DNA from: an uncultured Spirochaetales bacterium
GTDB lineage: Bacteria; Spirochaetota; Spirochaetia; CAZAKE01
Assembly (NCBI GenBank): GCA_964485495.1
Contig: CAZAKE010000002.1
Location: forward strand, 5,419 to 69,418
Length of the DNA stretch: 64,000 nt
Reading direction: 5' to 3'
The notes under the pieces were generated by a model. The model saw only the letters and a program-made list of their open reading frames with translations, ran no database searches and was not told the origin of the DNA. How positions within the stretch are numbered: the first letter of the stretch is position 1; every line of letters begins with the position of its first letter. The position numbers and the translations under genes are program-made. Shown here in pieces: positions 1-10,333 of the stretch.

Positions 1-1
1 C

Positions 2-940
2 CTATTTATCTGGAGTCTCTCCGCTCTCGATCATCCGCTTCACCGTGGCCATTACCGATTGCATGTCGGCCAGGTCCATGGGGAGGACTACCTTTGTGCC
101 CTTTTTGGAGAGATTCGAGAGTTGGCTAATATAGGCTTCGGAGATACGCAGCGCCACCGCGTCCTCCCCGCCGGCGGTTTCGAGAGATTCGGAGATCTTG
201 CGAATGCCGTTGGCGGTGGCCCTGGCTACGGTCAAGATCTCTCTGGCCCGGCCTTCCGCCTCGTTGATACGGCGCTGTTTCTCTCCTTCGCTCTTATTGA
301 CGGCCTCCTCCTGGCTGGCCTGTGAGTAGTTGATCTTTGATTCCATCTCGCCGAGGGAACGGGCAATCAGGGCCCTGCGCTCCCGCTCGGCTTTCATCTG
401 GCTCTCCATGGCCTGCAGGATCGCGTCGGGAACGGTGATGTTCTGGATCTCATATCGCGAGACCCTGACGCCCCAGGGGTCGGAAGCCTCGTCTACGCTC
501 TTCACCACTTCACCGTTGATGGCTTCCCGCTCCTCGAAGGTGCGGTCCAGTTCGAGTTTGCCGATCACCGAGCGCATGGTGGTCTGGGCCAACTGGATCG
601 TGGCGTACATGTAATCCTTGATGCCGTAGCTGGCACGCCGGGGATCCATCACCTGCATATAGAGCACGCCGTCCACGTTGACCTGCACGTTGTCTGCGGT
701 GAAGCATGACTGGGCGGGAACGTCGACGGCCACCTCTTTCAGATTGTGCTTGTATTTCACCTTGTCGATAAAGGGGATCAGCACATGGAAACCAGCCTCG
801 ATGGTCTTTGTGTACTTCCCGAGTCGTTCGATGACGAGGGCCGTACGAGCAGGAACGATGCGGATGCTGCGGAGCAGCGAGATTAGTATGATCAGGCCGA
901 ACACGCCGCCTAAGATGAGTAACGGCAGGAAGGGATTCAT
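2..940 (-). CDS. SPFH/band-7 (stomatin/prohibitin-like, slipin-type) membrane protein, paralog 1
   Basis: N-terminal TM helix followed by an SPFH core (RIVPARTALVIERLGKY...YEIQNI) and a C-terminal coiled-coil. ATG at 940 abuts the stop of the upstream paralog. Confidence 0.8.
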   Translation of the reverse strand: MNPFLPLLILGGVFGLIILISLLRSIRIVPARTALVIERLGKYTKTIEAGFHVLIPFIDKVKYKHNLKEVAVDVPAQSCFTADNVQVNVDGVLYMQVMDPRRASYGIKDYMYATIQLAQTTMRSVIGKLELDRTFEEREAINGEVVKSVDEASDPWGVRVSRYEIQNITVPDAILQAMESQMKAERERRALIARSLGEMESKINYSQASQEEAVNKSEGEKQRRINEAEGRAREILTVARATANGIRKISESLETAGGEDAVALRISEAYISQLSNLSKKGTKVVLPMDLADMQSVMATVKRMIESGETPDK

Positions 941-1872
941 ACGCTACCTCCTTGTCCGGAGCCGCTCCGGAGTGCCGGACCGACGACCTCCGCCAGCCCC
1001 TTGATCTGGGCCATGTCGAAGGGCAGGATCTCGGTGTCGGCGGTCCGCATGATCTCGCCGAACTGCTCGATGTACTGCTCGGCGATACGGAGAGACATGG
1101 CGGTCTTGCCGTGGGGGGACTGCATTGCCTCGGCGATCTCGCGGATCCCTTCGGCCGTGGCCTCGGCGATGATTTCGATGGCCCGCGCATGACCGTCGGA
1201 CTCGTTGATTCGCTGCTGCTTCCAACCCTCGGAGATGTTGATCGCCTCCTGCCGTTCCCCCTTGGACACGTTGATGCGGGAGGCCTTCACCCCCTCGCTG
1301 GATAAGATATCGGCCCGTTTCTCCCGTTCGGCCCGCATCTGCTGTTCCATGGCCTCTTGGATGGTAGGTGTAGGAGAGATGTCCTTTATTTCGTAGCGGG
1401 TCACCTTGATCCCCCACGGGTCCGAGGCCTCGTCCACCGCCTTGACTACGGAGTTGTTGACGGTGTCCCGCTCGGAGAAGGTGTTATCCAGCTCGAGCTT
1501 GCCGATCTCAGAGCGCATGGTGGTCTTGGCCAGCTGGGCCGTGGCGTACTGGTAGTTGTCGATACCGTAGCTGGCCTTCTCCGGGTCGATCACCCGCAGG
1601 TAGAGGATTCCGTCCACGATTACCTGCACGTTATCGTTGGTGATACAGATCTGGGGATCCACGTCGATGACCTCCTCTTTCAGCGTATGCTTGTACGCAA
1701 CACGCTGCACGAAGGGCACCAAAAGATGAAGACCCGACCCGAGAGATTTGTTATACTTTCCGAACTGCTCAACCACCCATGATTCCTGTTCCGGCACGAT
1801 CCTTATCAGCTTGAAGAAAAAAATCAGGCCGAGGATCGCCGCAACGTACGCGAATACGACGCCCATACTCAT
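937..1872 (-). CDS. SPFH/band-7 (stomatin-like) membrane protein, paralog 2
   Basis: Same architecture as 2..940 and clearly paralogous (RIVPEQESWVVEQFGKY...YEIKDI). GGAAGGAG RBS 5 nt upstream of the ATG at 1872. Confidence 0.8.
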   Translation of the reverse strand: MSMGVVFAYVAAILGLIFFFKLIRIVPEQESWVVEQFGKYNKSLGSGLHLLVPFVQRVAYKHTLKEEVIDVDPQICITNDNVQVIVDGILYLRVIDPEKASYGIDNYQYATAQLAKTTMRSEIGKLELDNTFSERDTVNNSVVKAVDEASDPWGIKVTRYEIKDISPTPTIQEAMEQQMRAEREKRADILSSEGVKASRINVSKGERQEAINISEGWKQQRINESDGHARAIEIIAEATAEGIREIAEAMQSPHGKTAMSLRIAEQYIEQFGEIMRTADTEILPFDMAQIKGLAEVVGPALRSGSGQGGSV

Positions 1873-1935
1873 ACTCCTTCCGCAAAGATGCTTGCGTGAT
1901 ACTATTTCCGACCGCGGCGGACCCGCGGGTATCGG

Positions 1936-2397
1936 TTACAAGTCCAGATTCAGAATAGATTTCGCAACGATGTAGGTCAGGTTTTCCTTGTCCAGGATGT
2001 CTACCGGTTCGCCGGGTTCTATGATTTCGGTGTAACTTATCGCCTTCCAGGTGGTACCCTGAAATTTTATCCGACCCGGTTCGTCGGGGGTGATGCGCTC
2101 TACGACCACCGCCGAACCGCCGATCTCCGGGGGAATCTCCGTGTTGTTGAGGATGGTGCCTCGGAAGATATGTGCGAACCGCTTGCGCAGAAAGGAGAGG
2201 GAGAGTATTGAGGAACCAAGCCAGATCAGGGCTTGGAGCCCCCAACTTGACTCCAACCCGGGAATGAGGGCCGAAAGTATTCCGGTCAGCACGGCGCCTG
2301 CGCCGAAGAAGAATATCACAAACCCGGGTGCGAACATCTCCGCGCCGATTAATAGGATTCCCAGCAGGCCCCAGATAAAAAGTGGACTCAGGAACAT
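1936..2397 (-). CDS. NfeD-like short-form membrane protein (OB-fold C-terminal domain)
   Basis: Three predicted N-terminal TM helices then a soluble beta-rich C-terminus. Classical position immediately upstream of SPFH genes. GAAGGAAGG RBS. Confidence 0.7.
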   Translation of the reverse strand: MFLSPLFIWGLLGILLIGAEMFAPGFVIFFFGAGAVLTGILSALIPGLESSWGLQALIWLGSSILSLSFLRKRFAHIFRGTILNNTEIPPEIGGSAVVVERITPDEPGRIKFQGTTWKAISYTEIIEPGEPVDILDKENLTYIVAKSILNLDL

Positions 2398-2616
2398 GGT
2401 ACCTTCCTTCTCCTCGCAGGGTACTCCCCGGTCATCGAGGTGTCAAGCAAGTATCGGCCATCTCTCAATACCGCCCGCATTGTGATGGTAATAGTACAAA
2501 CTATGATAAAAAATATTCACTGAGAGTTTCTGGTAAAAGGATGGAATTATTTCGATCTATGACCTTGCCACGATGAGAAGAAAGGGTGTACAGTCCCGTG
2601 AAATACATCGACGAAG

Positions 2617-4356
2617 ATGGATGCACTTAAAAAACTACTACCGTATCTAAAGCCCCATGCACGCAGACTCCTAGTGGGGTTGATGGGCATGACCGTCTTC
2701 ACCTTCCTCAGTCTCATGCCGCCTCTCCTCATGCGCTACCTTATCAACGATGTCATTCAGCCGAAGCTCTGGGACCTCGTTGTGCCGGTCATTGTGGCCA
2801 TCATCCTGGTGCCGGTGCTTTCCTCTTTTGTGCAATTCGTGAACATTCAGATCGTGCGACTTGCAGGGTATCGTTTTATCGGTGACATGCGGATGGCCAT
2901 CTACCGCAAGGTCCTGGCACTCGGTCTCTCCTTCCATCAGGAGAACTCGTCGGGCATGTTGGTGAATCGGCTGATGGACGACGTCAACATGCTTCTGCAC
3001 CTGGTCACCGGTGAGACCGTGAATATGCTCATCGATATCATCGTGTTCATCTTTTCGGTGAGTATCGTCTTCACGCTTTCGCCGCTGCTCGCCGGACTCC
3101 TGGTTCTTGTGCTTGTGCTGTACGTCCTGGCGTACCGGGTCTTCGCCAAGCGTATCCGGTCAGAGTCAAAATCCTACCGGTTCATCTACGACCGTATCTC
3201 CGAGCGACTGGAGGAGACCACCGCCGGAGTACGGCACGTCAGGATCTATAACAGAGAACCCTGGGAGAATGACGTTTTTCTCGGCAGGACCACCGAGAGC
3301 CTCGAGCATGCTCGGTTGAGCCGGCTGAACTCCGTCGCATTGGGAACCGCCTGTAATGCGATTGCGGGAATCGGGTCGGCCACGATCGTGGCCTTGGGCG
3401 CCTACTTCGTCCTCAAGGGGGAGATGCAGTACGGGGACATCCTTGCGATCGGCAGCTACATTTGGATGGCCCTGAATCCCGCCATCCGGCTCACCAACCT
3501 GGCGGGTCAACTCACGGAGACCTTCGTGTCCGTACGGAGGATTCAGGAGATCCTCGACCAGGAGCCGGAGATCACCTCGCATCCCGGGGCGGAGCCCATT
3601 CGCGCCACCCGGGGAGAGGTCGAGTTTAAAAACGTCACATTCTCCTATGTGCCCGGAGTGCAGCTCTATCAAGACCTCTCCCTGCATGTGGAGCCCGGCA
3701 TGAGTGTGGCCCTGGTGGGTCATACCGGATGCGGCAAGACCACGTTTACCACACTATTGATGCGGTACTGGGACATCCAGAAGGGGCAGATCCTGATCGA
3801 CGGCCAGGAGATCCGATCCGTCGATCTGAAAAGCCTCCGGCGCCTCTTCGGCGTGGTCCTGCAGGATCCGGTGGTGTTCGACGGTACTCTGGCCGAGAAT
3901 ATCGCCTACGGCGACAAGCGTATGTCCAGAGAGAGAATCGAAGAGGCGGCTCGCGTTGCGGAGATCTATGAGATGGCCACGCGCCTGCCGGATGGATTTG
4001 ATACGAAGATCGGCACCAAGGGTGTGAAGCTGTCGGTTGGAGAGAAGCAGCGGGTCAGTATCGCCAGGGCGATCCTCATGGATCCGTTGATACTCGTCAT
4101 GGATGAGGCTACCTCCTCGCTTGACAGCGAGTCGGAGGCGCTGATTCAGAAGGCACTGAACAAGGTGCTCCGGGGGCGAACGAGTTTCGTCGTCGCTCAC
4201 CGCCTCTCCACCATCACCAGTTCGGACATGATCGTGGTCATGGACAACGGGGAAATCCTCGAGACGGGCACCCATCCGGAACTGATGCGGATCCCCGGCG
4301 GCCACTATCGGCAGCTTTACGAAGAGCTGCGTGGCAAGAACGAGGCCGCGGTATGA
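2617..4356 (+). CDS. ABC exporter, fused permease/ATPase subunit (type I exporter; degenerate signature LSVGEKQ)
   Basis: Six-TM domain plus NBD. Walker A GHTGCGKTT, Walker B ILVMDEATSSLD, signature LSVGEKQRVS. 4-bp ATGA overlap with the next gene. Confidence 0.85.
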   Translation: MDALKKLLPYLKPHARRLLVGLMGMTVFTFLSLMPPLLMRYLINDVIQPKLWDLVVPVIVAIILVPVLSSFVQFVNIQIVRLAGYRFIGDMRMAIYRKVLALGLSFHQENSSGMLVNRLMDDVNMLLHLVTGETVNMLIDIIVFIFSVSIVFTLSPLLAGLLVLVLVLYVLAYRVFAKRIRSESKSYRFIYDRISERLEETTAGVRHVRIYNREPWENDVFLGRTTESLEHARLSRLNSVALGTACNAIAGIGSATIVALGAYFVLKGEMQYGDILAIGSYIWMALNPAIRLTNLAGQLTETFVSVRRIQEILDQEPEITSHPGAEPIRATRGEVEFKNVTFSYVPGVQLYQDLSLHVEPGMSVALVGHTGCGKTTFTTLLMRYWDIQKGQILIDGQEIRSVDLKSLRRLFGVVLQDPVVFDGTLAENIAYGDKRMSRERIEEAARVAEIYEMATRLPDGFDTKIGTKGVKLSVGEKQRVSIARAILMDPLILVMDEATSSLDSESEALIQKALNKVLRGRTSFVVAHRLSTITSSDMIVVMDNGEILETGTHPELMRIPGGHYRQLYEELRGKNEAAV

Positions 4357-6194
4357 CCAGCGCAGAGATTCGAGCGGAGCGGATCAAGCGGATCATCGCC
4401 AAGGTGACCGAGGATGTGGAGGTCTATGACAGGGATGTCGATTCCGATCTCAAGCGTCTGTGGCACGGGTATCTCCATCCATTCAGGATCCGGATATTCG
4501 TTGCCTTTCTCATCACCTTCGTGTGGTGTGTGCATCCCTATCTGTTGGCCATCTTATCCAAGTTCCTGGTTGACGAAGTGCTCATGGTGGGTGCAGGCGG
4601 GGTGGCCTTTGAACAGTTTACGACACAGCTGCCTCTCTTCCGCCGGTATGTGAGTATCCTCTTCGGCCTCTGGGGTATTTTCATCGTCTGCCACTGGATC
4701 AGGAGCTGGATTATCATCGGTGTTGGTCAGGATATCACCCTCACCTTTCGGAAACAGCTCTACGAGAAGCTCAACGCCCTGCATGTGGGGTTCTTCGAGA
4801 AGAACGAGACCGGCAAGATCGTCAGCCGGGTGCTGGACGACGTCAAGGTCATCAGAGAGTGGGCCACTACGCATATATTGAACCTGTCCGCTAACGTGAT
4901 TCGCCTCATTCTCGGCCTGGTGATAATCTTCTTCCTGAATTGGCGGCTCTCGCTTTTCGTACTCGTCTCTTTACCGATCTATGCCTGGCTGTTCATCAAG
5001 ATCAGGCCGATCATCAAGGAGACCAGCATCGCCCTCCGGCGTATCAACTCGAGCATGTACGCCATATCCGCGGAACGAATTTCCGGCATCAAGGTGGTAA
5101 AGGCCTTCACGCAGGAGCCGAGAGAGCGCTCCACCTTCGCACTGCGGATGAACAACTGGATCCGTCTTGCCATGCGGATCATCAGATATCAGGAGGGGTT
5201 GGGACTCATCGCGGGTCTGATTACAGCCATCGTCTCCGGTCTGATCATCTATGTCGGGGTCACTCAAATACAATCGGGCGACATGACGCTGGGTGACGTG
5301 GTCGTCTTCATCAATATCCTGCCGAACCTCTTCCTTCAGGTGCGGTCGCTGTCCGTAATCGCGACTTCCATACAGGCCGTTCTGGTGGTCATCGGCCGGG
5401 TCTTCTATCTCCTCGATCAGCCGGAGGAGGTCGTTCCCGGCCGAACAACGCTGGAGGAGATAGCGGGTGAGGTTGTGTTCGAAAATGTTACCTTCCGGTA
5501 TCCCGGACAGGATTCAGAGGCGCTGCACAACGCGAATTTCCGGATTCAACCGGGATGGAAGGTGGCGCTGATGGGGCCTTCCGGTGCGGGAAAGAGTACG
5601 GTTTTTCAGCTGCTCTGCAGGTTCTACGATCCCGACGGCGGGAGTGTGAAGATCGACGGCATCGACTTGCGCGACGCTGATCCTACCTCGATACGCAGAC
5701 ACGCACGAATGGTGCAGCAGGAACCGGCCATCTTCTCCGGTACCGTGGCTGAGAATATCGTCTACGGTACTCCCGACGCGACGCCTGCTCTGATCATGAA
5801 CGCAACCCGGCAGGCGGAACTGCACGAGTTCATCATGACACTGCCGGTGAAATACGAGACGGAGGTCGGCCGGAACGGGGTATCTCTCTCCGGCGGTCAG
5901 AAACAGCGGCTGGCACTCTCGACGGCCCTTCTTACAGACCCGGAGATCCTGTTACTTGACGACACCACCAGCGCGCTGGATGCCGAGACGGAGACTCGCA
6001 TTCGGGCCACGCTCAACCGGGTCCTGAAGGGCCGGACCAGCTTCATCATAACTCAGCGGATCGCTACGGCGAGAGACTGTGATCTGATCATCGTGCTGGA
6101 GGAGGGTCGGATTACTCAGATGGGCACACACGACCGTTTGAAACAGGCCGAAGGCTTCTATCGACGCATCTACGAGCAGCAAGAGTCTCTGTGA
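4353..6194 (+). CDS. ABC exporter, fused permease/ATPase subunit (canonical signature; Walker B catalytic Glu replaced by Asp)
   Basis: TMD plus NBD. Walker A GPSGAGKST, signature LSGGQKQRLALS, Walker B ILLLDDTTSALD. Confidence 0.85.
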   Translation: MTSAEIRAERIKRIIAKVTEDVEVYDRDVDSDLKRLWHGYLHPFRIRIFVAFLITFVWCVHPYLLAILSKFLVDEVLMVGAGGVAFEQFTTQLPLFRRYVSILFGLWGIFIVCHWIRSWIIIGVGQDITLTFRKQLYEKLNALHVGFFEKNETGKIVSRVLDDVKVIREWATTHILNLSANVIRLILGLVIIFFLNWRLSLFVLVSLPIYAWLFIKIRPIIKETSIALRRINSSMYAISAERISGIKVVKAFTQEPRERSTFALRMNNWIRLAMRIIRYQEGLGLIAGLITAIVSGLIIYVGVTQIQSGDMTLGDVVVFINILPNLFLQVRSLSVIATSIQAVLVVIGRVFYLLDQPEEVVPGRTTLEEIAGEVVFENVTFRYPGQDSEALHNANFRIQPGWKVALMGPSGAGKSTVFQLLCRFYDPDGGSVKIDGIDLRDADPTSIRRHARMVQQEPAIFSGTVAENIVYGTPDATPALIMNATRQAELHEFIMTLPVKYETEVGRNGVSLSGGQKQRLALSTALLTDPEILLLDDTTSALDAETETRIRATLNRVLKGRTSFIITQRIATARDCDLIIVLEEGRITQMGTHDRLKQAEGFYRRIYEQQESL

Positions 6195-6268
6195 CGTGAT
6201 ACCGGCGTAGTATAATGACCGGTTGTACAGCCTCAAATTCAACTTTACAACGTTCGAAGGAGAACGGA

Positions 6269-7024
6269 ATGAAGAAGAAAGGAAAAGATAGGATAATCGG
6301 CGATCAGTCGATGATAGACACCCCCACCGACGGTAGGCTCATGGAAGACCTGACCGATCTCGCGGTGATCGGCGACAGGCGAAATCTCTCCAAGGCGGAT
6401 ACAGAGGTCAAGGAGGCGGTAGACAAGGCGACCCGCACGGACCTGCGGAATATCATGATTATCGAGAAGGGCCGCTGCCCCATGTGTCACAGCCGAACCG
6501 AAAACTTCTTATTCACCGTGGTGTGCCCCTCGTGCGGCTGGTTCAAGCGTGACATCCCGGTCAAGGGACGTAGTTATGTCCATCTCAAGGATGGTGACAA
6601 AATTCTATGTGATTATGTCCACAGGGGAGGCAGCGACGAGTTCCTCTGTATCCGCAACGGGGTCGTCGTCTCGGAGGTGATGCGTGCCAGCGTTGTCAAG
6701 ATCGATCACATCTGGGAGGAGGAGGAGCTCGAAGAGGTGCGCGAGGTGGTGCGCCGCACCAAAGAGGGGATCTGCGGCTGGTGCGATCACTCGCTTTCCG
6801 AGGCCCGGGAGCCCGGCGATGACCAGGGACCCTTCGAGGACTATGTCGCGTTCGGAGCATATCAGGAGCACCACATCTTCTGCTCGGAAAAACACCAACG
6901 CGCATTCAGACGACAGTATCCCTCGCGGGTTCACCGAAACTGCTACGAGACCGACTGCAATACCTGCAACCTGTGTATCAAGCGTTTCGATACTCACGGA
7001 TTCAAGCGCAGCATCCTGAAATAG
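6269..7024 (+). CDS. Cys-rich hypothetical protein (multiple CxxC zinc-ribbon-like motifs)
   Basis: CPMCHS...CPSCGW, CGWCDHS and CNTCNLC pairs. GAAGGAGAA RBS before the ATG at 6269. No family recognised. Confidence 0.5.
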   Translation: MKKKGKDRIIGDQSMIDTPTDGRLMEDLTDLAVIGDRRNLSKADTEVKEAVDKATRTDLRNIMIIEKGRCPMCHSRTENFLFTVVCPSCGWFKRDIPVKGRSYVHLKDGDKILCDYVHRGGSDEFLCIRNGVVVSEVMRASVVKIDHIWEEEELEEVREVVRRTKEGICGWCDHSLSEAREPGDDQGPFEDYVAFGAYQEHHIFCSEKHQRAFRRQYPSRVHRNCYETDCNTCNLCIKRFDTHGFKRSILK

Positions 7025-7113
7025 CCGATTAATACCAAAAAATGCGGTATTGTATAGATCGATGGTGTCTCTAACGCGGCTCTTGCGGTTGTCGAAGGGC
7101 GCGGTATTCGCCT

Positions 7114-7848
7114 TTAGGAGCCCCGGGTCAGCACCATATCGGGAATGGTCGTCAGGCTGAATCGCGTCTTCCGTCTGTCCCGCTTGCGGTAGGTCCCGTT
7201 AATGGCATCCCAGTCTTGTTTCGAGAGCGTTGACGGGAGTCTGTGCAGCAAGACGGCCTGGAGTCCACACCAGATGAAGGTGGTGATTTCGTCCGCATAT
7301 GCCTCCATCTCCTCGTAGGACATCCGCCGGTCCACGGCCTCCCAGAAGAGGCTAATATAGAGAGAGTTCAAGTTGTTCAGTAGTAGCGTGGAGGGCATGT
7401 GCATGTCCGGATACTTCTCTTTGATGAGCTGCAGATAGCGCATAAAGAAGATGTTATATCGTTTCATGAACCGGGATTTGAAGTTCTCTATCCTGGTGTC
7501 GGATGATTTGATTAGCAGGACTTCCACTTCGTCACGATACGTGTCAATCAGGACGATAATTGTATGGATCACCCGACGAATCCATCGATAATCGGTGAGT
7601 TTTGTCTTTTTGTTCCTGACCCGGGCTTCGAGGATACGGAATCCCTTCTCAACCTTCTGGATGATGGGATACACGATCTCCTGGAGAATTTCGTCCTTGT
7701 TCTTGAAGTAGTCGTAGATGTTTCCCGTGGCTACGTTCGCCCGACGGGCGATGGACGCGACCGAAGTATGGTCGAACCCGTTCTTCAAGAACTCCTCTTT
7801 GGCGGCAATGAGGATTCTATCGCGGCGCTCATTCTTTAATATCTGCAT
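7114..7848 (-). CDS. TetR/AcrR family transcriptional regulator
   Basis: N-terminal HTH (RDRILIAAKEEFLKNGFDHTSVASIARRANVATGNIYDYFKNKDEI). Divergent from ygiQ. Confidence 0.8.
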   Translation of the reverse strand: MQILKNERRDRILIAAKEEFLKNGFDHTSVASIARRANVATGNIYDYFKNKDEILQEIVYPIIQKVEKGFRILEARVRNKKTKLTDYRWIRRVIHTIIVLIDTYRDEVEVLLIKSSDTRIENFKSRFMKRYNIFFMRYLQLIKEKYPDMHMPSTLLLNNLNSLYISLFWEAVDRRMSYEEMEAYADEITTFIWCGLQAVLLHRLPSTLSKQDWDAINGTYRKRDRRKTRFSLTTIPDMVLTRGS

Positions 7849-7982
7849 ATGATATATACCGTAATAAAAAAGTCCGAGAAATGCAACGATATGCGACGGT
7901 ACTCAGCAATTCGAAATATGGCTACCGCCATATTTCAAATGTGCCACATTTCTTCTTAAGTTTGGGGTTTACTGGGGTAATC

Positions 7983-9866
7983 ATGGAATACTTTCTGCCG
8001 ATAGACAGACGAGGCATGGAATCGAGGGACTGGGACGCGTGTGATTTCATCATCATCAGCGGTGATGCGTATGTCGACCATCCTTCTTTTGGCCATGCCC
8101 TGATCGGACGCCTGCTCGAATCGGAAGGGTACCGGGTCGGCGTCATTCCTCAGCCCGAATGGAGGTCTGTCGATGATTTTCGAAGACTGGGACGACCTCG
8201 TATCGCGTTTATGATTACCGCCGGGAGTCTCGATTCAATGGTGAACCACTATACGGCGAGTGGAAAGAGACGCCGTACGGATGTGTATTCTCCGGGTGGA
8301 GAGGCCGGAAGACGTCCGGACAGGGCAAGCATCGTGTACACCTCCAGGGCACGGCAGGCCTATACCGGTGTGCCGGTGATCCTCGGCGGCATCGAAGCGT
8401 CTCTCAGGCGGCTCAGCCACTTCGATATCTGGTCAAACCGGATCCGGCGATCGATTCTGATCGACTCCAAGGCCGATCTACTCGTATACGGGATGGCCGA
8501 AACGGCCATCCTCGAGATAGCTCATCGACTCGCTCGAGGTGAGGATATCGGTGGTTTGACGGATATCCGCGGAACGGTGTACGCCGCTTCCCGGATGCCT
8601 GAGGAGGCGGCCCTGCTGCCCTCCTACGAGGAGACGGCAGACAATCCTGAGGCGTTCATCCGGAGTTATCTGCTCCGGTATCGAGAGTCGGCTCCTTCGA
8701 GTGTGACTGTGTTGGTGGAGCCTACGAGTGACCGGTTCGTCGTGTGTAATCCTCCGTCCCCACCGCTGGACGCTGCCGGGATGGATAATCTGTATGCGTT
8801 TCCGTACACGCGCCGTTGTCACCCTGCATACGACGAGTCAGGCGGAGTGCCCGCCCTCGAGGAGGTGCTCTTCAGTATCACCCACGTGAGGGGCTGTTTC
8901 GGAGGATGCGCCTTCTGCGCACTCTCGTGGCATCAGGGAAAGACGCTCTCCATCCGAAGCGAGGAGTCGGTATTACAGGAGGCACAGACCCTAGTCGCAG
9001 ATCCGAGGTTCAAGGGCTACATCCACGACATCGGCGGACCTACCGCGAATTTCCGTATCAACGGTTGTAGCAAACTGGAATCCGGCGACTGGTGCCGACA
9101 CCGGCATTGCCTCTATCCGAGCCCCTGTCCGAACCTGCGGGTGGATCATGCCGCATACCTCTCTCTACTGAGGAAGGTACGGAGTATACCGGGGGTAAAG
9201 AAGGTATTTATCCGTTCGGGCATCCGCTTCGATTATCTCATGGCGGACCCGAACTGGAGGATGGTACTCGAGGAGATCTGTGCATATCACGTCAGCGGCC
9301 AGCTCAAGGTGGCACCGGAACATTGTTCCTCGCCGGTCTTGGAGGCGATGCGGAAACCCGCCGGTGCGATGTATAGGCGTTTCAGGGAGGAGTTTATCAG
9401 GGCCTCCCGGAAGGTTGGTCTGGAGCAGTATGTGTTGCCCTACTACATGTCGTCGCATCCAGGTTCCACCCTGGATGATGCCGTCAATCTCGCCGTGGAG
9501 CTGAAGAAGTCTGGATTCGTCCCGGAACAGGTCCAGGAGTTCTATCCGACTCCGAGTACACTATCGACGTGCATGTATTACACCGGAATCGATCCGGAGA
9601 GGGGCAGTCCGGTGTACGTGCCCAGTTCCGGCAAGGAGCGTTCGATGCAGCGTGCCCTGTTGCAGTTCAACCGGGCTTCGAACCGGAACCGAGTCGAAGA
9701 AGCCCTACGGGCGGCGGGGAGGACCGACCTTATAGGGAATACCCCGGCTGCCCTCGTTTCGGACGCGTCCATCGCGAAGTCGGCACGCCGCCGGCAGGGT
9801 CGTCACACCAAGAATCAGGGTCGAAGCATTCGTTCCCGGAAAAAACGAGACCCCGGATCAGGGTAA
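7983..9866 (+). CDS. ygiQ: YgiQ family radical SAM protein (UPF0313)
   Basis: YgiQ N-terminal domain (GDAYVDHPSFG, VILGGIEASLRR), radical SAM core (RGCFGGCAFCAL), C-terminal basic tail. Start chosen at the in-frame ATG aligning to YgiQ N-termini; the ORF extends to 7881. Confidence 0.85.
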   Translation: MEYFLPIDRRGMESRDWDACDFIIISGDAYVDHPSFGHALIGRLLESEGYRVGVIPQPEWRSVDDFRRLGRPRIAFMITAGSLDSMVNHYTASGKRRRTDVYSPGGEAGRRPDRASIVYTSRARQAYTGVPVILGGIEASLRRLSHFDIWSNRIRRSILIDSKADLLVYGMAETAILEIAHRLARGEDIGGLTDIRGTVYAASRMPEEAALLPSYEETADNPEAFIRSYLLRYRESAPSSVTVLVEPTSDRFVVCNPPSPPLDAAGMDNLYAFPYTRRCHPAYDESGGVPALEEVLFSITHVRGCFGGCAFCALSWHQGKTLSIRSEESVLQEAQTLVADPRFKGYIHDIGGPTANFRINGCSKLESGDWCRHRHCLYPSPCPNLRVDHAAYLSLLRKVRSIPGVKKVFIRSGIRFDYLMADPNWRMVLEEICAYHVSGQLKVAPEHCSSPVLEAMRKPAGAMYRRFREEFIRASRKVGLEQYVLPYYMSSHPGSTLDDAVNLAVELKKSGFVPEQVQEFYPTPSTLSTCMYYTGIDPERGSPVYVPSSGKERSMQRALLQFNRASNRNRVEEALRAAGRTDLIGNTPAALVSDASIAKSARRRQGRHTKNQGRSIRSRKKRDPGSG

Positions 9867-9934
9867 CCGATTATACAGGTCTTGCGGTGCTCCCTCGCAG
9901 ACTATAGGGCACGTGGGCCGTATGGTATGTTCGA

Positions 9935-10333
9935 TCACTCCGAGGAAACCAGATCGTATGGCCAGCGGGTGTATCCACCCCAATTCAACATCCTGGTGTA
10001 GCCATGTTCCTCCAACTGCTTGATGACGTTCTGAGCTCGTCCGCCTGTCTCGCAGTAGACGATAAGATACTGATCGGTCGTGAAATCCTCGAGCATGGAT
10101 TCGATGTCGGAAGAGGGGTAACTCAAGGCCGTCGGTATATGCCCGTCGATATATGCATTCGCCGGTCGAACATCGATAATCCAGATCTCCGAGTCGGGGT
10201 TTTCCGTGAGTTCACGCAGATCTTCGGGTTCGAGGTACTGTTCGAGAGACGCGCCGTCCGTGCTGTAATAGCCGGTGAAACAGCCTGTAACGAGCAATGC
10301 CAAGACGGTGATCGACGTAGCGAATCTCGGCAT
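9935..10333 (-). CDS. rhodanese-like domain lipoprotein (sulfurtransferase)
   Basis: Lipobox signal peptide (MPRFATSITVLALLVTGC) then a single rhodanese domain with active-site Cys (LIVYCETGGRA). Confidence 0.7.
   Translation of the reverse strand: MPRFATSITVLALLVTGCFTGYYSTDGASLEQYLEPEDLRELTENPDSEIWIIDVRPANAYIDGHIPTALSYPSSDIESMLEDFTTDQYLIVYCETGGRAQNVIKQLEEHGYTRMLNWGGYTRWPYDLVSSE

Noticed and set aside
510-1190. 226-aa Arg/Pro-rich ORF on the minus strand
   Set aside because: Lies entirely inside and out of frame with the two SPFH genes. Its composition is typical of spurious alternative-frame ORFs in high-GC DNA.
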